From assembly GCA_963804955.1 (NCBI GenBank), contig CAWDSQ010000018.1, forward strand, positions 1 through 24,212: a DNA stretch of 24,212 nucleotides, read 5' to 3'. Under the pieces are notes generated by a model. It ran no database searches. It was not told the origin of the DNA and saw only the letters and a list, made by a program, of their open reading frames with translations. The DNA comes from an uncultured delta proteobacterium (GTDB lineage Bacteria > Desulfobacterota > WTBG01 > CAIYCZ01 > CAIRTM01). The position numbers and the translations under genes are program-made. Shown one piece after another: positions 9,907 through 19,577 of this stretch. Positions within the stretch are counted from its first letter, which is position 1. Every line of letters begins with the position of its first letter.

Positions 9907-10470
9907 ATGCTGTCGATTGAAAAAATAAATCATCTCGATGATCTGCTTGAAAAAACCAGCCAGGAAACCATGAATGTTGAAGAGCTGCACGGACTGCTGA
10001 CAGCCATAGCCTGCGGCCCGGTTGAAGTAAAGCCCGAGGAGTGGCTGCCGCTGGTTTTCCTGCGCGAAAAAGGCCTCCCGCGCCTGGCTTCCCCGGCGCA
10101 GCTTACCGAGTTAAAAAAGCTCCTCAGCGATTTTTATGCCGATGTCGTCAAAGACCTTGACGCCAATGAATTCGCTCCGCTCATTGCCGCTGTTGAAGAA
10201 GAGGAGGAGGATTTCCTCGACCCCGGCTACTGGTGCTCTGGGTTCATGGTGGGGGCGCGGTTTGCGCCCGAGGCCTGGCATGACGAAACCGATACCGTGC
10301 TGCACGAACTGCTTGCGCCCATCGTTTTTCTCTCCGATCCCGAAGAAGTGTATGAGGGAATGGAGGAAAAATCAGACGAGGAAAAGCAGGACGTTGAAGA
10401 GGAGTTTATGGATAAAATTTCCGATGTGGTTCCCAAAATACGTGCCCACTTTAAAACAAAACACTCCTAA
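9907..10470 (+). CDS. YecA/UPF0149 family protein (no SEC-C tail)
   Basis: MNVEELHGLLTAIACGPVEVKPEEWLPLVF and WCSGFMVG motifs; AAGGA RBS. Confidence 0.8.
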   Translation: MLSIEKINHLDDLLEKTSQETMNVEELHGLLTAIACGPVEVKPEEWLPLVFLREKGLPRLASPAQLTELKKLLSDFYADVVKDLDANEFAPLIAAVEEEEEDFLDPGYWCSGFMVGARFAPEAWHDETDTVLHELLAPIVFLSDPEEVYEGMEEKSDEEKQDVEEEFMDKISDVVPKIRAHFKTKHS

Positions 10471-10644
10471 CAGAAATTAGCTCCGCAAAAAGGCCCATAA
10501 TCAAAATATTGAATACATTTCCTCAATTATGATACAATTTATTTCGGATCATAAAAAAGTGATTCAAAGCCATGAAAAATTTTTATTCCCTTCATACGAT
10601 CAACAAAAATTTCGAGGTACTGCATGCTCCTTGAGTCAATACCA

Positions 10645-11091
10645 ATGAAGGTTTATGTTGACACTTCTGTCTTTGGCGGGTGTTTTGACGATGAATACCG
10701 AAAATGGTCAACTCGTCTTTTTAGGGAATTACGGCAAGGGGTCAAGCACGCCATTATTTCCGATATTACAATCAAAGAGCTTGAGAATGCTCCGTAAAAG
10801 GTTAAAAAACTACTGGATATTCTCCCCGATAAGCACCTAAAAATCGTTTTTGCAGGGGCTGAAGACATAGCGCTGGCAAACGCATATATACACGAGGGCG
10901 CTATTACCGCAAGATTTTACAACGATGCTCTTCATATTGCTATTGCAACTATCAATAAGGTTGATGTATTGGTGAGTTGGAACTTCAAACATATCGTCAA
11001 CCTCAATCGCATCAGATTATACAATTCCGTCAATTTAAAAAGGGGCTATTCTCTCATAGAAATCAGAAGCCCCCATGGAGGTGCTGAATGA
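10645..11091 (+). pseudogene. PIN-domain (VapC-like) toxin interrupted by in-frame TAA at 10795-10797
   Basis: My translation: MKVYVDTSVFGGCFDDEY...ISDITIKELENAP*KVKKLL...NDALHIAIATINKVDVLVSWNFKHIVNLNRIRLYNSVN. Not in the supplied ORF track. Confidence 0.85.
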
Positions 11092-11282
11092 AGCATAAAA
11101 CATTTGATGCTGTTGCCATGATGAGAAAAATCCGCGATAAATTGGGAAAACGCTATTATGACCATCCCGATGTTTTATTAAAAGATTTGGATGAAATTAA
11201 GCAAAAATACGGGTTGAACGCCACCCCGGCCAAACGCTGCGCCTCACCTGCTGCACGCCAACAGCGTAGGCTTAATCCATAA
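11088..11282 (+). CDS. Small protein, putative antitoxin partner of the PIN gene
   Basis: GGAGG RBS; overlaps the PIN 3' end; MKHKTFDAVAMMRKIRDKL helical and basic. Confidence 0.65.
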   Translation: MKHKTFDAVAMMRKIRDKLGKRYYDHPDVLLKDLDEIKQKYGLNATPAKRCASPAARQQRRLNP

Positions 11283-11317
11283 AGACAAAAAAAACGAAAA
11301 CTGTACCGTTCGTTATG

Positions 11318-11341
11318 AAGCCGGTGCGCACCGGCTTTTTT
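11318..11341 (+). terminator. Rho-independent terminator
   Basis: AAGCCGGTGCGCACCGGCTT perfect palindrome running into a T tract. Confidence 0.8.
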
Positions 11342-11538
11342 CGTTACAGAAACCCCTTCCCATCCCTCAAAACCCATTCCACAAGCGTTATGCCCGGATA
11401 GCAGGCAAGTATCGAAGTAGTTGCGCTTTCCGTGCTCCCAAATCCATTTTTAAAAAAAATTCATATTGACACCAACCCGCATTGGGCTATAGGTATGAAT
11501 AGTTTATAAGAATTAATCATTTTTGTGTTAGGGGGGTT

Positions 11539-13788
11539 ATGCATTTCAAAAAACCGATATTCTTTATTTCCCATCTCGGTTCTTTTATTTTCTTGAGCCT
11601 CATATTTCTGCACCCTGCACAGGCTGCTGCAAAACAAAACGGGATGGGCAAGCTGGCTTTTGAGGGCCGATATGCATATGCCAACCCCGATAAAGGCTGG
11701 GAAGGCAGCGCCATGCATAAAGCTAAACTGACATCATCTGATGGTGATGAGCACAATGATCTGAAAGTCATTTCAGATCAGAATTCAGTTGCTACAGCCG
11801 AGGAACAAGGGGGGGGGTGGGAAGAGAGCCCAGAAGCCGTCATGTTGATCCCCCCCGATTTCGTGTTCGGTGATTTTTGGTGTGCGGTATCAGACAACAC
11901 TGTCACAATCACCCGCTATATCGGCACTGGTGGAGCTGTTCTAATTCCGGATAACATAACAGGCATGCCGGTTGTCGCCATCGGACAGTATTGTGCATAC
12001 GCCGATATATTCGACAATTGCTATGATTATAATGGTGCGTTTGAAGATTGCGCCAGTGTGACCAGCGTGAGCATACCTGCCAGCATCACGGGTATAGCGT
12101 ATAATGCGTTTTGGGGTTGCGCCGGTTTGACCAACTTTGATGTTGATACAGGCAATACCGCCTATAGCAGTCAGGATGGCGTGCTGTACAATAAAGCCAG
12201 GACATTGCTTCGTCAATACCCTCCAAGTAAAAGCGATGCAATCTTCACAATCCCCGGAACTGTTACGACCATTGGAGAAGTTGCGTTCGAAGGTTGCACC
12301 GATTTAACCAGCGTAACTATACCAAACAGTGTTTCTGAGATTGGATGGTCAGCGTTTCGGGGTTGCACCGGTTTGACCAGCGTGACTTTGCCAAATAGCA
12401 TTATGGCTATTAATGGCTACACCTTTGCTTTCTGCACGAGTTTAACCAGCATAATCATACCGAACAGCGTTGGGCGCATTGAAGATAATGCATTCGAAGG
12501 GTGCATCGGTTTAACCAGCGTCTCTATACCAAGCAGTGTTACTGACATTGGATCGTCAGCGTTTTGGGGTTGCACCGATTTAACCAGCGTAACTATACCA
12601 AACAGTGTTTCTGAGATTGGATGGTCAGCGTTTCGGGGTTGCACCGGTTTGACCAGCGTGACTTTGCCAAATAGCATTATGGCTATTAATGGCTACACCT
12701 TTGCTTTCTGCACGAGTTTAACCAGCATAATCATACCGAACAGCGTTGGGCGCATTGAAGATAATGCCTTCGAAGGGTGCACCGCCCTGGCCAGCATCAC
12801 TATCCTGGGCAGTTTAACAAGTATTGGGAGCAACTCCTTTGAAGGCTGCATTGGGCTAACCAGTATTAGCATACCAGGTAGCGTTACAAGCATTGGAAAT
12901 GGGGCGTTTCGATATTGCACCGGTTTGACCACCGTAACCATACCCGGCAGCGTAACAGATCTTGGGTGGTACGCCTTTGCCGGTTGCAGCGGATTGACAA
13001 GCATACATGTTGATGCACGCAATACCGTATACAGCAGTCAGGATGGTGTGCTGTACAACAAAAACAGGACAACGCTTATTCAGTATCCAGACGGAAAAAA
13101 CGATGCTGATTTTACAATTCCTGACGGCGTTACGAGCGTTGGTGACGGCGCATTTTATCAATGCCCTGCCTTGACCAGCGTGACCATACCTGCCAGCGTT
13201 ATAACCATGTATGGCTATTCGGAGTATTGTGAAGGTATTTGCGCCTATTATTACCAATTCCCTGTAGGGGGGTGCGCGTACTATACCTATTCATGTGCTA
13301 CTAAAAATTATGCTTCGTTTTATACCTGTAGTAATTTGACCAGCGCCTATTTCCTGGGACAAACACCTGAAACAATATATAGTTGTAATGGTTATTACCC
13401 TTACTCTTATTGCAATACAAACACAGGTCCCTTTCATAGTTGCGGAACGGATTTTAAGATTTTCTATATTCAACCAACAACAACCACCACAACAATAACG
13501 GCAGAAACCTGCACGATAGAAATTTTTCCCCGCAGGCTTAGCAAGGTGATGAATACTGTCATGCAGCTGCAGGCTTTTATAATCCGGGGCGATGAAAACT
13601 CTTCTTTTTCAAAGGCAACCGACATCGACTGGGGCACCCCGAGCATTGAAACACTGGTGCAGGCCGCTTTAAACAAAAGACTCATCATCGCCCTGGTGCT
13701 GGTTAACGGCAGCAATCAGGAGGTGGGGGATATCTACGACGTGACCGTTGACAATTGCTCGGGAGAACTTTCTGTGAAGATGTTCTAA
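11539..13788 (+). CDS. Secreted BspA-type (LRR_5/TpLRR) leucine-rich repeat protein with Thr linker and C-terminal domain
   Basis: Signal peptide ending AQA-A; 23-aa repeats of the form LTSVTIPNSVxxIGxxAFxGCTx; two YSSQDGVLYNK inserts; PTTTTTT linker. Confidence 0.92.
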   Translation: MHFKKPIFFISHLGSFIFLSLIFLHPAQAAAKQNGMGKLAFEGRYAYANPDKGWEGSAMHKAKLTSSDGDEHNDLKVISDQNSVATAEEQGGGWEESPEAVMLIPPDFVFGDFWCAVSDNTVTITRYIGTGGAVLIPDNITGMPVVAIGQYCAYADIFDNCYDYNGAFEDCASVTSVSIPASITGIAYNAFWGCAGLTNFDVDTGNTAYSSQDGVLYNKARTLLRQYPPSKSDAIFTIPGTVTTIGEVAFEGCTDLTSVTIPNSVSEIGWSAFRGCTGLTSVTLPNSIMAINGYTFAFCTSLTSIIIPNSVGRIEDNAFEGCIGLTSVSIPSSVTDIGSSAFWGCTDLTSVTIPNSVSEIGWSAFRGCTGLTSVTLPNSIMAINGYTFAFCTSLTSIIIPNSVGRIEDNAFEGCTALASITILGSLTSIGSNSFEGCIGLTSISIPGSVTSIGNGAFRYCTGLTTVTIPGSVTDLGWYAFAGCSGLTSIHVDARNTVYSSQDGVLYNKNRTTLIQYPDGKNDADFTIPDGVTSVGDGAFYQCPALTSVTIPASVITMYGYSEYCEGICAYYYQFPVGGCAYYTYSCATKNYASFYTCSNLTSAYFLGQTPETIYSCNGYYPYSYCNTNTGPFHSCGTDFKIFYIQPTTTTTTITAETCTIEIFPRRLSKVMNTVMQLQAFIIRGDENSSFSKATDIDWGTPSIETLVQAALNKRLIIALVLVNGSNQEVGDIYDVTVDNCSGELSVKMF
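12292..12781 (+). repeat. Intragenic direct duplication, 214 bp, offset 276 bp
   Basis: 12292-12505 vs 12568-12781, identical except 12492 A / 12768 C. Confidence 0.95.
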
Positions 13789-13864
13789 AATCTGGTCATG
13801 TTTTGTCATTTTTATGCCGAAAATACAATAACGATTCAAACCCGACCAACATAGAGGCGCGATA

Positions 13865-14729
13865 ATGAAAAAAGGTTTTTCTTGTCTCACGGCACCAAAC
13901 TTGTTTCTTGCGGCAGTCATCATTTTTGCCTGTTCAATCACCCTCCCGCCGCACACCGCCTGTGCTCAAGACAACAAGACCGCTCAGGTAAAAAAGAAGG
14001 TTGTTCTCGCGGCTGACGAATGGTGCCCGTATAACTGCGAACCCGGCTCCGCTAAGCCCGGCTATGTGATTGAGCTGGCAAAAATCATTTTTGAAAAAAA
14101 GGGTTACGAATTTGACTACAAAATGATGCCCTGGGAACAGGCAAAGTCCGATGCCCTGCAGGGCAAAATGTCCGGCGCTATCGGCATGGATAAAGAAGAA
14201 GGGGAAGAAACAGAAAAAAAAGATGACCCGTCAGGGGAAAAAGAAATTTCAATACCCGCAGAATGAAATCACCGTCAACACGAGCTGCTTCTTTGTACTG
14301 ACAGAGAACAAATGGCAATTTGATCCTGAAAATCCCGATAAATCCCTTGCCGCCCTCGGCGGCAAAGTCGGAATTGCCCAGGGGTATGCCTTTGACCTGC
14401 GCGATACGCTTTTAAAAAAAAACGTGCTTGTGGAAATCGGCGGCACGAGCCCCCTGCGGGAACTGCTGATCATGCTGCTTGAGGGCAAAATCAAGGCCCT
14501 TATCGATGATCGAAATGTCGTTACGTACAAAGCTTACAGCATGAAGTGCGCCCGCAAAATACGAAGCGCGGGCATAGCCGAAGAGCCGGCAAAACTGTAT
14601 ATTGGGTTCTGCCCTGACTGCAAAGCTGAGGCAGCTGTTTTTTCGCAGGGCCTTGATGAATTACGGGCTTCAGGAAAACTGAAGACAGTGCTGTCAAATT
14701 ATTACCTTGATGACTGGAAAAACAAATAA
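13865..14729 (+). CDS. Periplasmic substrate-binding protein, family 3-like (frameshift ~14210-14245)
   Basis: Signal peptide, VVLAADEWCPYNC, PGYVIELAKIIF, MPW; the second frame continues with KVGIAQGY, LLEGKIKALI and GLDELRASGKLKTVLSNY. The break lies in A/G runs. Confidence 0.8.
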
Positions 14730-14826
14730 CACGGACGCGGTCGTTAAAAAATCCTCTGCCCGCGCAGTACAGCCGTGAGATCATCGCGATCGCCCGACGG
14801 CACTGTCAGCCATCTGGCTGGCCGGA

Positions 14827-15588
14827 TTAATTGTTTCCCTCATCACTATCGTGCATCTGCTTGTGCAGCCTCACCGGCTCAACCCGTTTATTCCGCATGC
14901 GGATATTGAGCATCTCCACGACCACTGAAAACGCCATGGCAAAATAGATATACCCCTTCGGGACATGTACATCGAAGCCTTCCACCATCAGCGTGACGCC
15001 CACTAAAATAAGAAACGAAAGAGCCAGAACCTTAACCGTCGGGTGCTCATCAACGAAATCCCCTATGGATTTTGCGGCAAACAGCATGACCACTACAGCC
15101 AGGATGATGGCTGTCGCCATAACGGCAAAATGCCCGCCAAGGCCGACAGCCGTTATCACTGAATCCAGCGAAAAAACAATATCCAGCACCGTGATCTGCA
15201 CCAGCACCATGCCTATGCTTGCGGCGATAGCAATGCCGGCCGTATCCTCTATGCCTTCCAGGCTGTTGTGTATTTCATGCGTCGCCTTGGCAAGAAGAAA
15301 CAGCCCGCCCCCGATAAGAATAATATCGCGGCCTGAAATTTCCTGATTGAAGATTACAAACCACGGCTCGGTCAGCTTCAAAACCCAGGCAATGGAAAAC
15401 AGCAGAGCCAGACGGCTGATCATGGCCAGCCCGAGCCCCATACGCCTTGCGAAAGCACGCTGATTCTCGGGAAGGCGGCCTACAAGAATAGAGATAAAAA
15501 TAATATTGTCTATGCCCAGTACAATCTCCAGGGCTGTCAACGTTCCGAGCGCTATCCAGGCTTCGGGGTTTGTGAGCAGTTCCAGCAT
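14827..15588 (-). CDS. TerC family membrane protein
   Basis: LTALEIVLGIDNIIFISIL, RDIILIGGGLFLLAKATHEIH, DIVFSLDSVITAVG, PKGYIYFAMAFSVVVE; GGAGG RBS before ATG 15588. Confidence 0.93.
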   Translation of the reverse strand: MLELLTNPEAWIALGTLTALEIVLGIDNIIFISILVGRLPENQRAFARRMGLGLAMISRLALLFSIAWVLKLTEPWFVIFNQEISGRDIILIGGGLFLLAKATHEIHNSLEGIEDTAGIAIAASIGMVLVQITVLDIVFSLDSVITAVGLGGHFAVMATAIILAVVVMLFAAKSIGDFVDEHPTVKVLALSFLILVGVTLMVEGFDVHVPKGYIYFAMAFSVVVEMLNIRMRNKRVEPVRLHKQMHDSDEGNN

Positions 15589-15655
15589 GAAATCCTCCGA
15601 TCTTTTTTTCCATCCCGCAGTTATTAAGAAGGTCATTAGTAAGCGGACAGAATTG

Positions 15656-15732
15656 GAGAATCGCCACGGCCTTCGGCCTGCGATGACAACACTCTGGTGT
15701 CATTGCGAGGAGTGAAGCGACGAAGCAATCTC
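15656..15732. repeat. GTC-tagged palindromic repeat pair
   Basis: GAGAATCGCCACGGCCTTCGGCCTGCGATGACA, then TGTCATTGCGAGGAGTGAAGCGACGAAGCAATCTC. Confidence 0.75.
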
Positions 15733-15837
15733 GTCATACAAAGTCTAAATCATCTGGGCAATAAAACTAAATCAATTTCATATTGTCCGGGTACTTATGA
15801 CCATCTTCAGTAATCGAGCAGAGAGGCGATCTAATTC

Positions 15838-16539
15838 TCAAACAGCTAGTTGCAGACAGCTGCTTGCTGCCGCGGTGGCATTGTCCGGGATGATCCATTC
15901 GCATTCAGTATGCATAACGCGGTCACTCAAGATTCCCGGCAGGTTGATGAAGCATTTAAGCCCGTCCCCGGGATCAAAAGAATCTTTCACGCCCCAGAGG
16001 GCCAGATAATCGCCGCCAACGTTATAAGGGTCCCAGTAATATAAATACCAGGTTCCGGGCGCGGTTATCGTATAGTCATAGTAATCCGTAATGTAATAGG
16101 ACTTTTTGCTGTACTGCTCATAGAAAAAGTTTCTTTCCGCTCCCGGCTCCGTATTTTTTATGACAATTGCCCCATAGCCTTCAGGCAATGTAAAGGGGAT
16201 ATCTTCTGTTGGCGCCGGCAGCCCCTGACCGGCAATGGCCAGCCATGGTAAAAATTCCGGCCCACCCTCACAGGCAGGGACATTCACCCTGACGCGCAGG
16301 GTCACGCTGCCTTTTTCGCTGATCTCCTTTTGGGGAACGGTAAACCGGTACACATCGATATCGCTGCCTGAATTGAGATAGGCGTAAACGGCCTGACCCT
16401 TTTCTATAGTCCCCTTGATTCTAAAAGGCCATTTTTCTGTCAAATCCCGGCGTTCAACATTTGGCATATGGGCGGCAGCAGGCATGGAAAACACGCATAG
16501 CCCGGCAATGAGAACACATAAACTCAATATGGTTTTCAT
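15838..16539 (-). CDS. Secreted hypothetical protein (beta-sandwich-like)
   Basis: AAGGAGG RBS, signal peptide ending AAA-H, SGSDIDVYRFTV and APGTWYLYYWD resembling PPC-like strands. Confidence 0.75.
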   Translation of the reverse strand: MKTILSLCVLIAGLCVFSMPAAAHMPNVERRDLTEKWPFRIKGTIEKGQAVYAYLNSGSDIDVYRFTVPQKEISEKGSVTLRVRVNVPACEGGPEFLPWLAIAGQGLPAPTEDIPFTLPEGYGAIVIKNTEPGAERNFFYEQYSKKSYYITDYYDYTITAPGTWYLYYWDPYNVGGDYLALWGVKDSFDPGDGLKCFINLPGILSDRVMHTECEWIIPDNATAAASSCLQLAV

Positions 16540-16888
16540 ATTAAAACCCTCCTTTTCAGTTACTGTTCAATTGTTTCAGTGCCGTTAACCCTGTGAAAGC
16601 ATGGTTCGCAGGGGGATGAATCAACGGCTGTAAAAACGCAGACTTTTTCCTTTGAGCACATGCAGGATAGGGGCTTTTCTGCACAGCCGGCATTTCCCTT
16701 CTGGATAATGCGTATTTCTTAGTAGTAAACATTGGACCTGTTGTCAATTTTTTACTGAGCCGCTCATCACGGATTCCCTTTGCGGCATGTCCCTGTGCAA
16801 GTCATGTGTCGTCATCTTGCAGCTGGTGCCAGAGCATTTTTCTAAATAGTGTAGCCTTCATAAAAAACTCTCTTCTGAAAACCCTCTA

Positions 16889-16968
16889 CGTTCGCCCTAA
16901 GCCCTGAGCTTGGCGAAGGGTCGAAAGGTGACTTTCCGTTCATGGTTCTACGTGCTCACCACGAACGG
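16889..16968. repeat. Degenerate CGTTCG...CTGAGCTT..CGAAGG / GCTCACCACGAACG palindromic repeat pair
   Basis: CGTTCGCCCTAAGCCCTGAGCTTGGCGAAGGG ... TGGTTCTACGTGCTCACCACGAACGG; the ends are complementary. Confidence 0.65.
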
Positions 16969-17030
16969 GCCTGCCCTGGAAATAAACTGCGGCTACAAAA
17001 TAATGAAAAATGCTCCATCAAAGAAAAAAC

Positions 17031-17064
17031 AAAAAGCCTGCCATGAATCACGACAGGCTTTTTT
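17031..17064 (-). terminator. Rho-independent terminator (potentially bidirectional)
   Basis: AAAAAGCCTGCCATGAATCACGACAGGCTTTTTT, about 30 nt after the reductase stop. Confidence 0.75.
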
Positions 17065-17096
17065 GATACCAAAAACAGACAAGGAGACTGCCCTTT

Positions 17097-18780
17097 TTAT
17101 TTCATCCCATGGACCTTCTCATAGGGCCACATCACAATGCCGCCGTCCATGACGCGCACCCGCGAAAACCCTGCGGCTTTAAGAATGAGTGCGGCCTCAT
17201 AGCCGCGGATTGACAGGCGGCAAAACGTGACTATGTCTTTGTCTTTCGGGATTTCCGAAAACCGGGAGCGCAGGGCGCCCGACGGAATATGCATCGAGCC
17301 GGGCAGCCGCACTTCTTCGTACTCCTGCGGCGAGCTCACGTCCAGCAGCACGAAATTTTCATGGCGCTGCAGTCTTGGCATACACTTCCATGGGACTGAT
17401 GCTTTCAAAAACGCCGGCAAGCTTGTTTTTGGCAATATTGGCGCCGGTGATGAGATTGTCCATGGCAAGGGAATACGGCGGAGCATAGCAGAGATCGAGA
17501 TTGGCAATCTGATCCACCGTCATGCCTGCAGTGATTGCGGTCGTGGCCACATCGACGCGCTTGTCGCCCTGCCCCGGGCCTGCCGCCTGCACGCCCAGGA
17601 GCCGTCGCGATGGCGCATCGACGATCAGTTTCAGCATCAGAGGTTTTGCATTGGGCATAAAATGCTCGCGGTCGGGACGCGCCGGTAAGCACCGTCACCA
17701 CATCAAATCCGGCATCGCGGGCATCGGCTTCGGTAAGCCCTGTACGGGCGATACAGTAATCAAACACCTTGCAGACCACGGTGCCGAGCACGCCGGGAAA
17801 GGTTTCATTGCCGCCGCAAATATTGACGGCAGCAATGCGGCCCTGTTTATTGGCCGTTGAGCCCATGGGCACGTATATGGGCAGCCCGGTCATGATGTCG
17901 ATATTTTCCACGCAGTCGCCTGCGGCAAGATATCGGGGTCGGAGGTCATCATGCGGTTGTCGACTCTGATGGCCTGCATGGGGCCGATTTCAAGGCCTGC
18001 ATTGCGGGCAAGTTCCACCTGGGGGCTTACGCCCACGCCCGAGTATCACCATATCGGCCGGCAGCGTGCCCTTGTCAGTCACCACGCCCTCAACAAACTC
18101 GGCGCCGGCAAATGACATGACGCGGGTATCGGTCATGACGCGCACGCCATTTGCCTCCATGTGCAGCTCAAGCAGCTGCGCCATTTCCCAGTCAAGGGTG
18201 CGCATGATCCGATTCAGGGCCTCAACGATGGTCACGCGGGCAGCCGCGGGCCACCAGCGCTTCGGTCATTTCAACACCGATGAGGCCGCCGCCGACGATG
18301 ACTACGTCGCGCGCCTTTCGGCTTGCAAGATGAGTGCGCACGCCTTCGGCATCGCGCACGCCGTGCAGGGTATAGATATTGTTTAAATGCGCGCCGGGCA
18401 GAGGCGGTATGATGGGTGTGGCGCCTGTAGCCATCACGAGCTTGTCATAGCCGATCCTGCTTTCCCTGGATGAAATAAGATTTTTGATGCGCACGCGCTT
18501 GGCCGCGCGGTCGATTTCAAGGGCCTCGGTTCGGTTCAGAACACTTCACATTTTTCAGATTTTGAAAAAAAACAGGGTCGCGCACGCAGCCGAGAGGCGT
18601 GCTCATGAGCTCCTTCTGGTCCTTCACGACGCCCGAAACATAGTAGGGAAGGCCGCAACCGGCATAGGAGAGAAACTCGCCCCGCTCAATGATGGTAACG
18701 GCGGTTTCAGGCTGGAGGCGAATGACCTTTGATGCAACCTTGGGACCCGCAGCAACGCCGCCGATGATGACCACCTTCAT
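17097..18780 (-). CDS. CoA-disulfide/persulfide reductase-rhodanese (CoADR-RHD/Npsr-like flavoprotein); about six frameshifts
   Basis: MKVVIIGGVAAG (FAD), SYAGCGLPYY (redox Cys), YDKLVMATGA, VVIVGGGLIGVE (NADH), GSTANKQGR, LDLCYAPPYS, and a C-terminal rhodanese IVTFCRLSIRGYEA...MDGGIVMW. Confidence 0.9.
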
Positions 18781-18790
18781 GCGGTCCTGG

Positions 18791-19534
18791 TCAAACAGCT
18801 CCGACTCCCCGGGGGACCTGGTCGTCGGCAATGCGGGGCAGCACCATGGAGAACTCAGCCCCGCCGAAATCGGCCTTCTGAACCGAGATTCTGCCGCCGG
18901 CGGCATCAACCACAGCCTTAACAAAGGCAAGCCCGAGGCCCACGCCCGGAAGGGTCGTGTTCTGAACGCTTGCCGAACGGTAGAAGGGCTCGAAAATCCT
19001 TTCGCGCTGGTCTTCGGGCACGCCGATGCCCGAATCAGCCACTGAAATGCATATGGAATCGTTGTGGCACGAAGCAACGAGTGTCAGGCGAACCTTACCA
19101 TTATCGGGGGTGTATTTCAGGGCATTGTTCACCAGGGCATTGATCACCTCGGCAAAACCGGATTCGGCTATGCGTATATAGGCGGGCTCTATCTGGATAT
19201 CAAGGCTCAGGGCTATATGGCGGCTACGGGCTTCCTCTGTCAGCTGATGCTGTGCGCGGCGAACCACGGCTGCGGCTTCGCAGATGGAGTTGCCGTCGCC
19301 GCCGCTTGTTTCAGGCCGCACAATGGCCAGCATCCTGGTTACGGCATCAAGCGCCTCCTCGATGCGCCTGTCCGCCCGTGACACCAGATCTTTCTGCTTT
19401 GAATTGAGGCGGCCTGCATACTCGCCCAGTATCGTTTTGAGCAGCGATGCAGCCGCGCCGACAGGAGAGCGCAGCTGGTGGGCAACCAGAGCGGCAAATT
19501 GCAGGGGGTCTTCATGTCCTTTTTTTTCAGTCAT
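18791..19534 (-). CDS. Histidine kinase core (HisKA + HATPase_c) with no N-terminal sensor; possibly fused to the downstream reductase
   Basis: H-box AHQLRSPV at residue 19, N-box LVNNALKYT, G1 DSGIGVP, F IFEPFYR, G2 GVGLGLAFVK. Confidence 0.9.
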   Translation of the reverse strand: MTEKKGHEDPLQFAALVAHQLRSPVGAAASLLKTILGEYAGRLNSKQKDLVSRADRRIEEALDAVTRMLAIVRPETSGGDGNSICEAAAVVRRAQHQLTEEARSRHIALSLDIQIEPAYIRIAESGFAEVINALVNNALKYTPDNGKVRLTLVASCHNDSICISVADSGIGVPEDQRERIFEPFYRSASVQNTTLPGVGLGLAFVKAVVDAAGGRISVQKADFGGAEFSMVLPRIADDQVPRGVGAV

Positions 19535-19577
19535 GGCTGCCTGCTGCTACACGGAGGAGGTTTTCAATAAGGGATAA

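Noticed and set aside
11466..11493. sigma70 promoter for the LRR gene (TTGACA-N16-TATAGG)
   Set aside because: The -10 lacks the conserved final T and the spacing is suboptimal; too weak to call.
12292..13430. Diversity-generating retroelement TR/VR pair
   Set aside because: The duplication is in frame with a single difference. No reverse transcriptase and no template copy of the Tyr/Cys loops is present in the window; a remote template remains possible.
15590..15800. yybP-ykoY riboswitch upstream of terC
   Set aside because: I could not find its motifs; the structure here is explained by a palindromic repeat pair.
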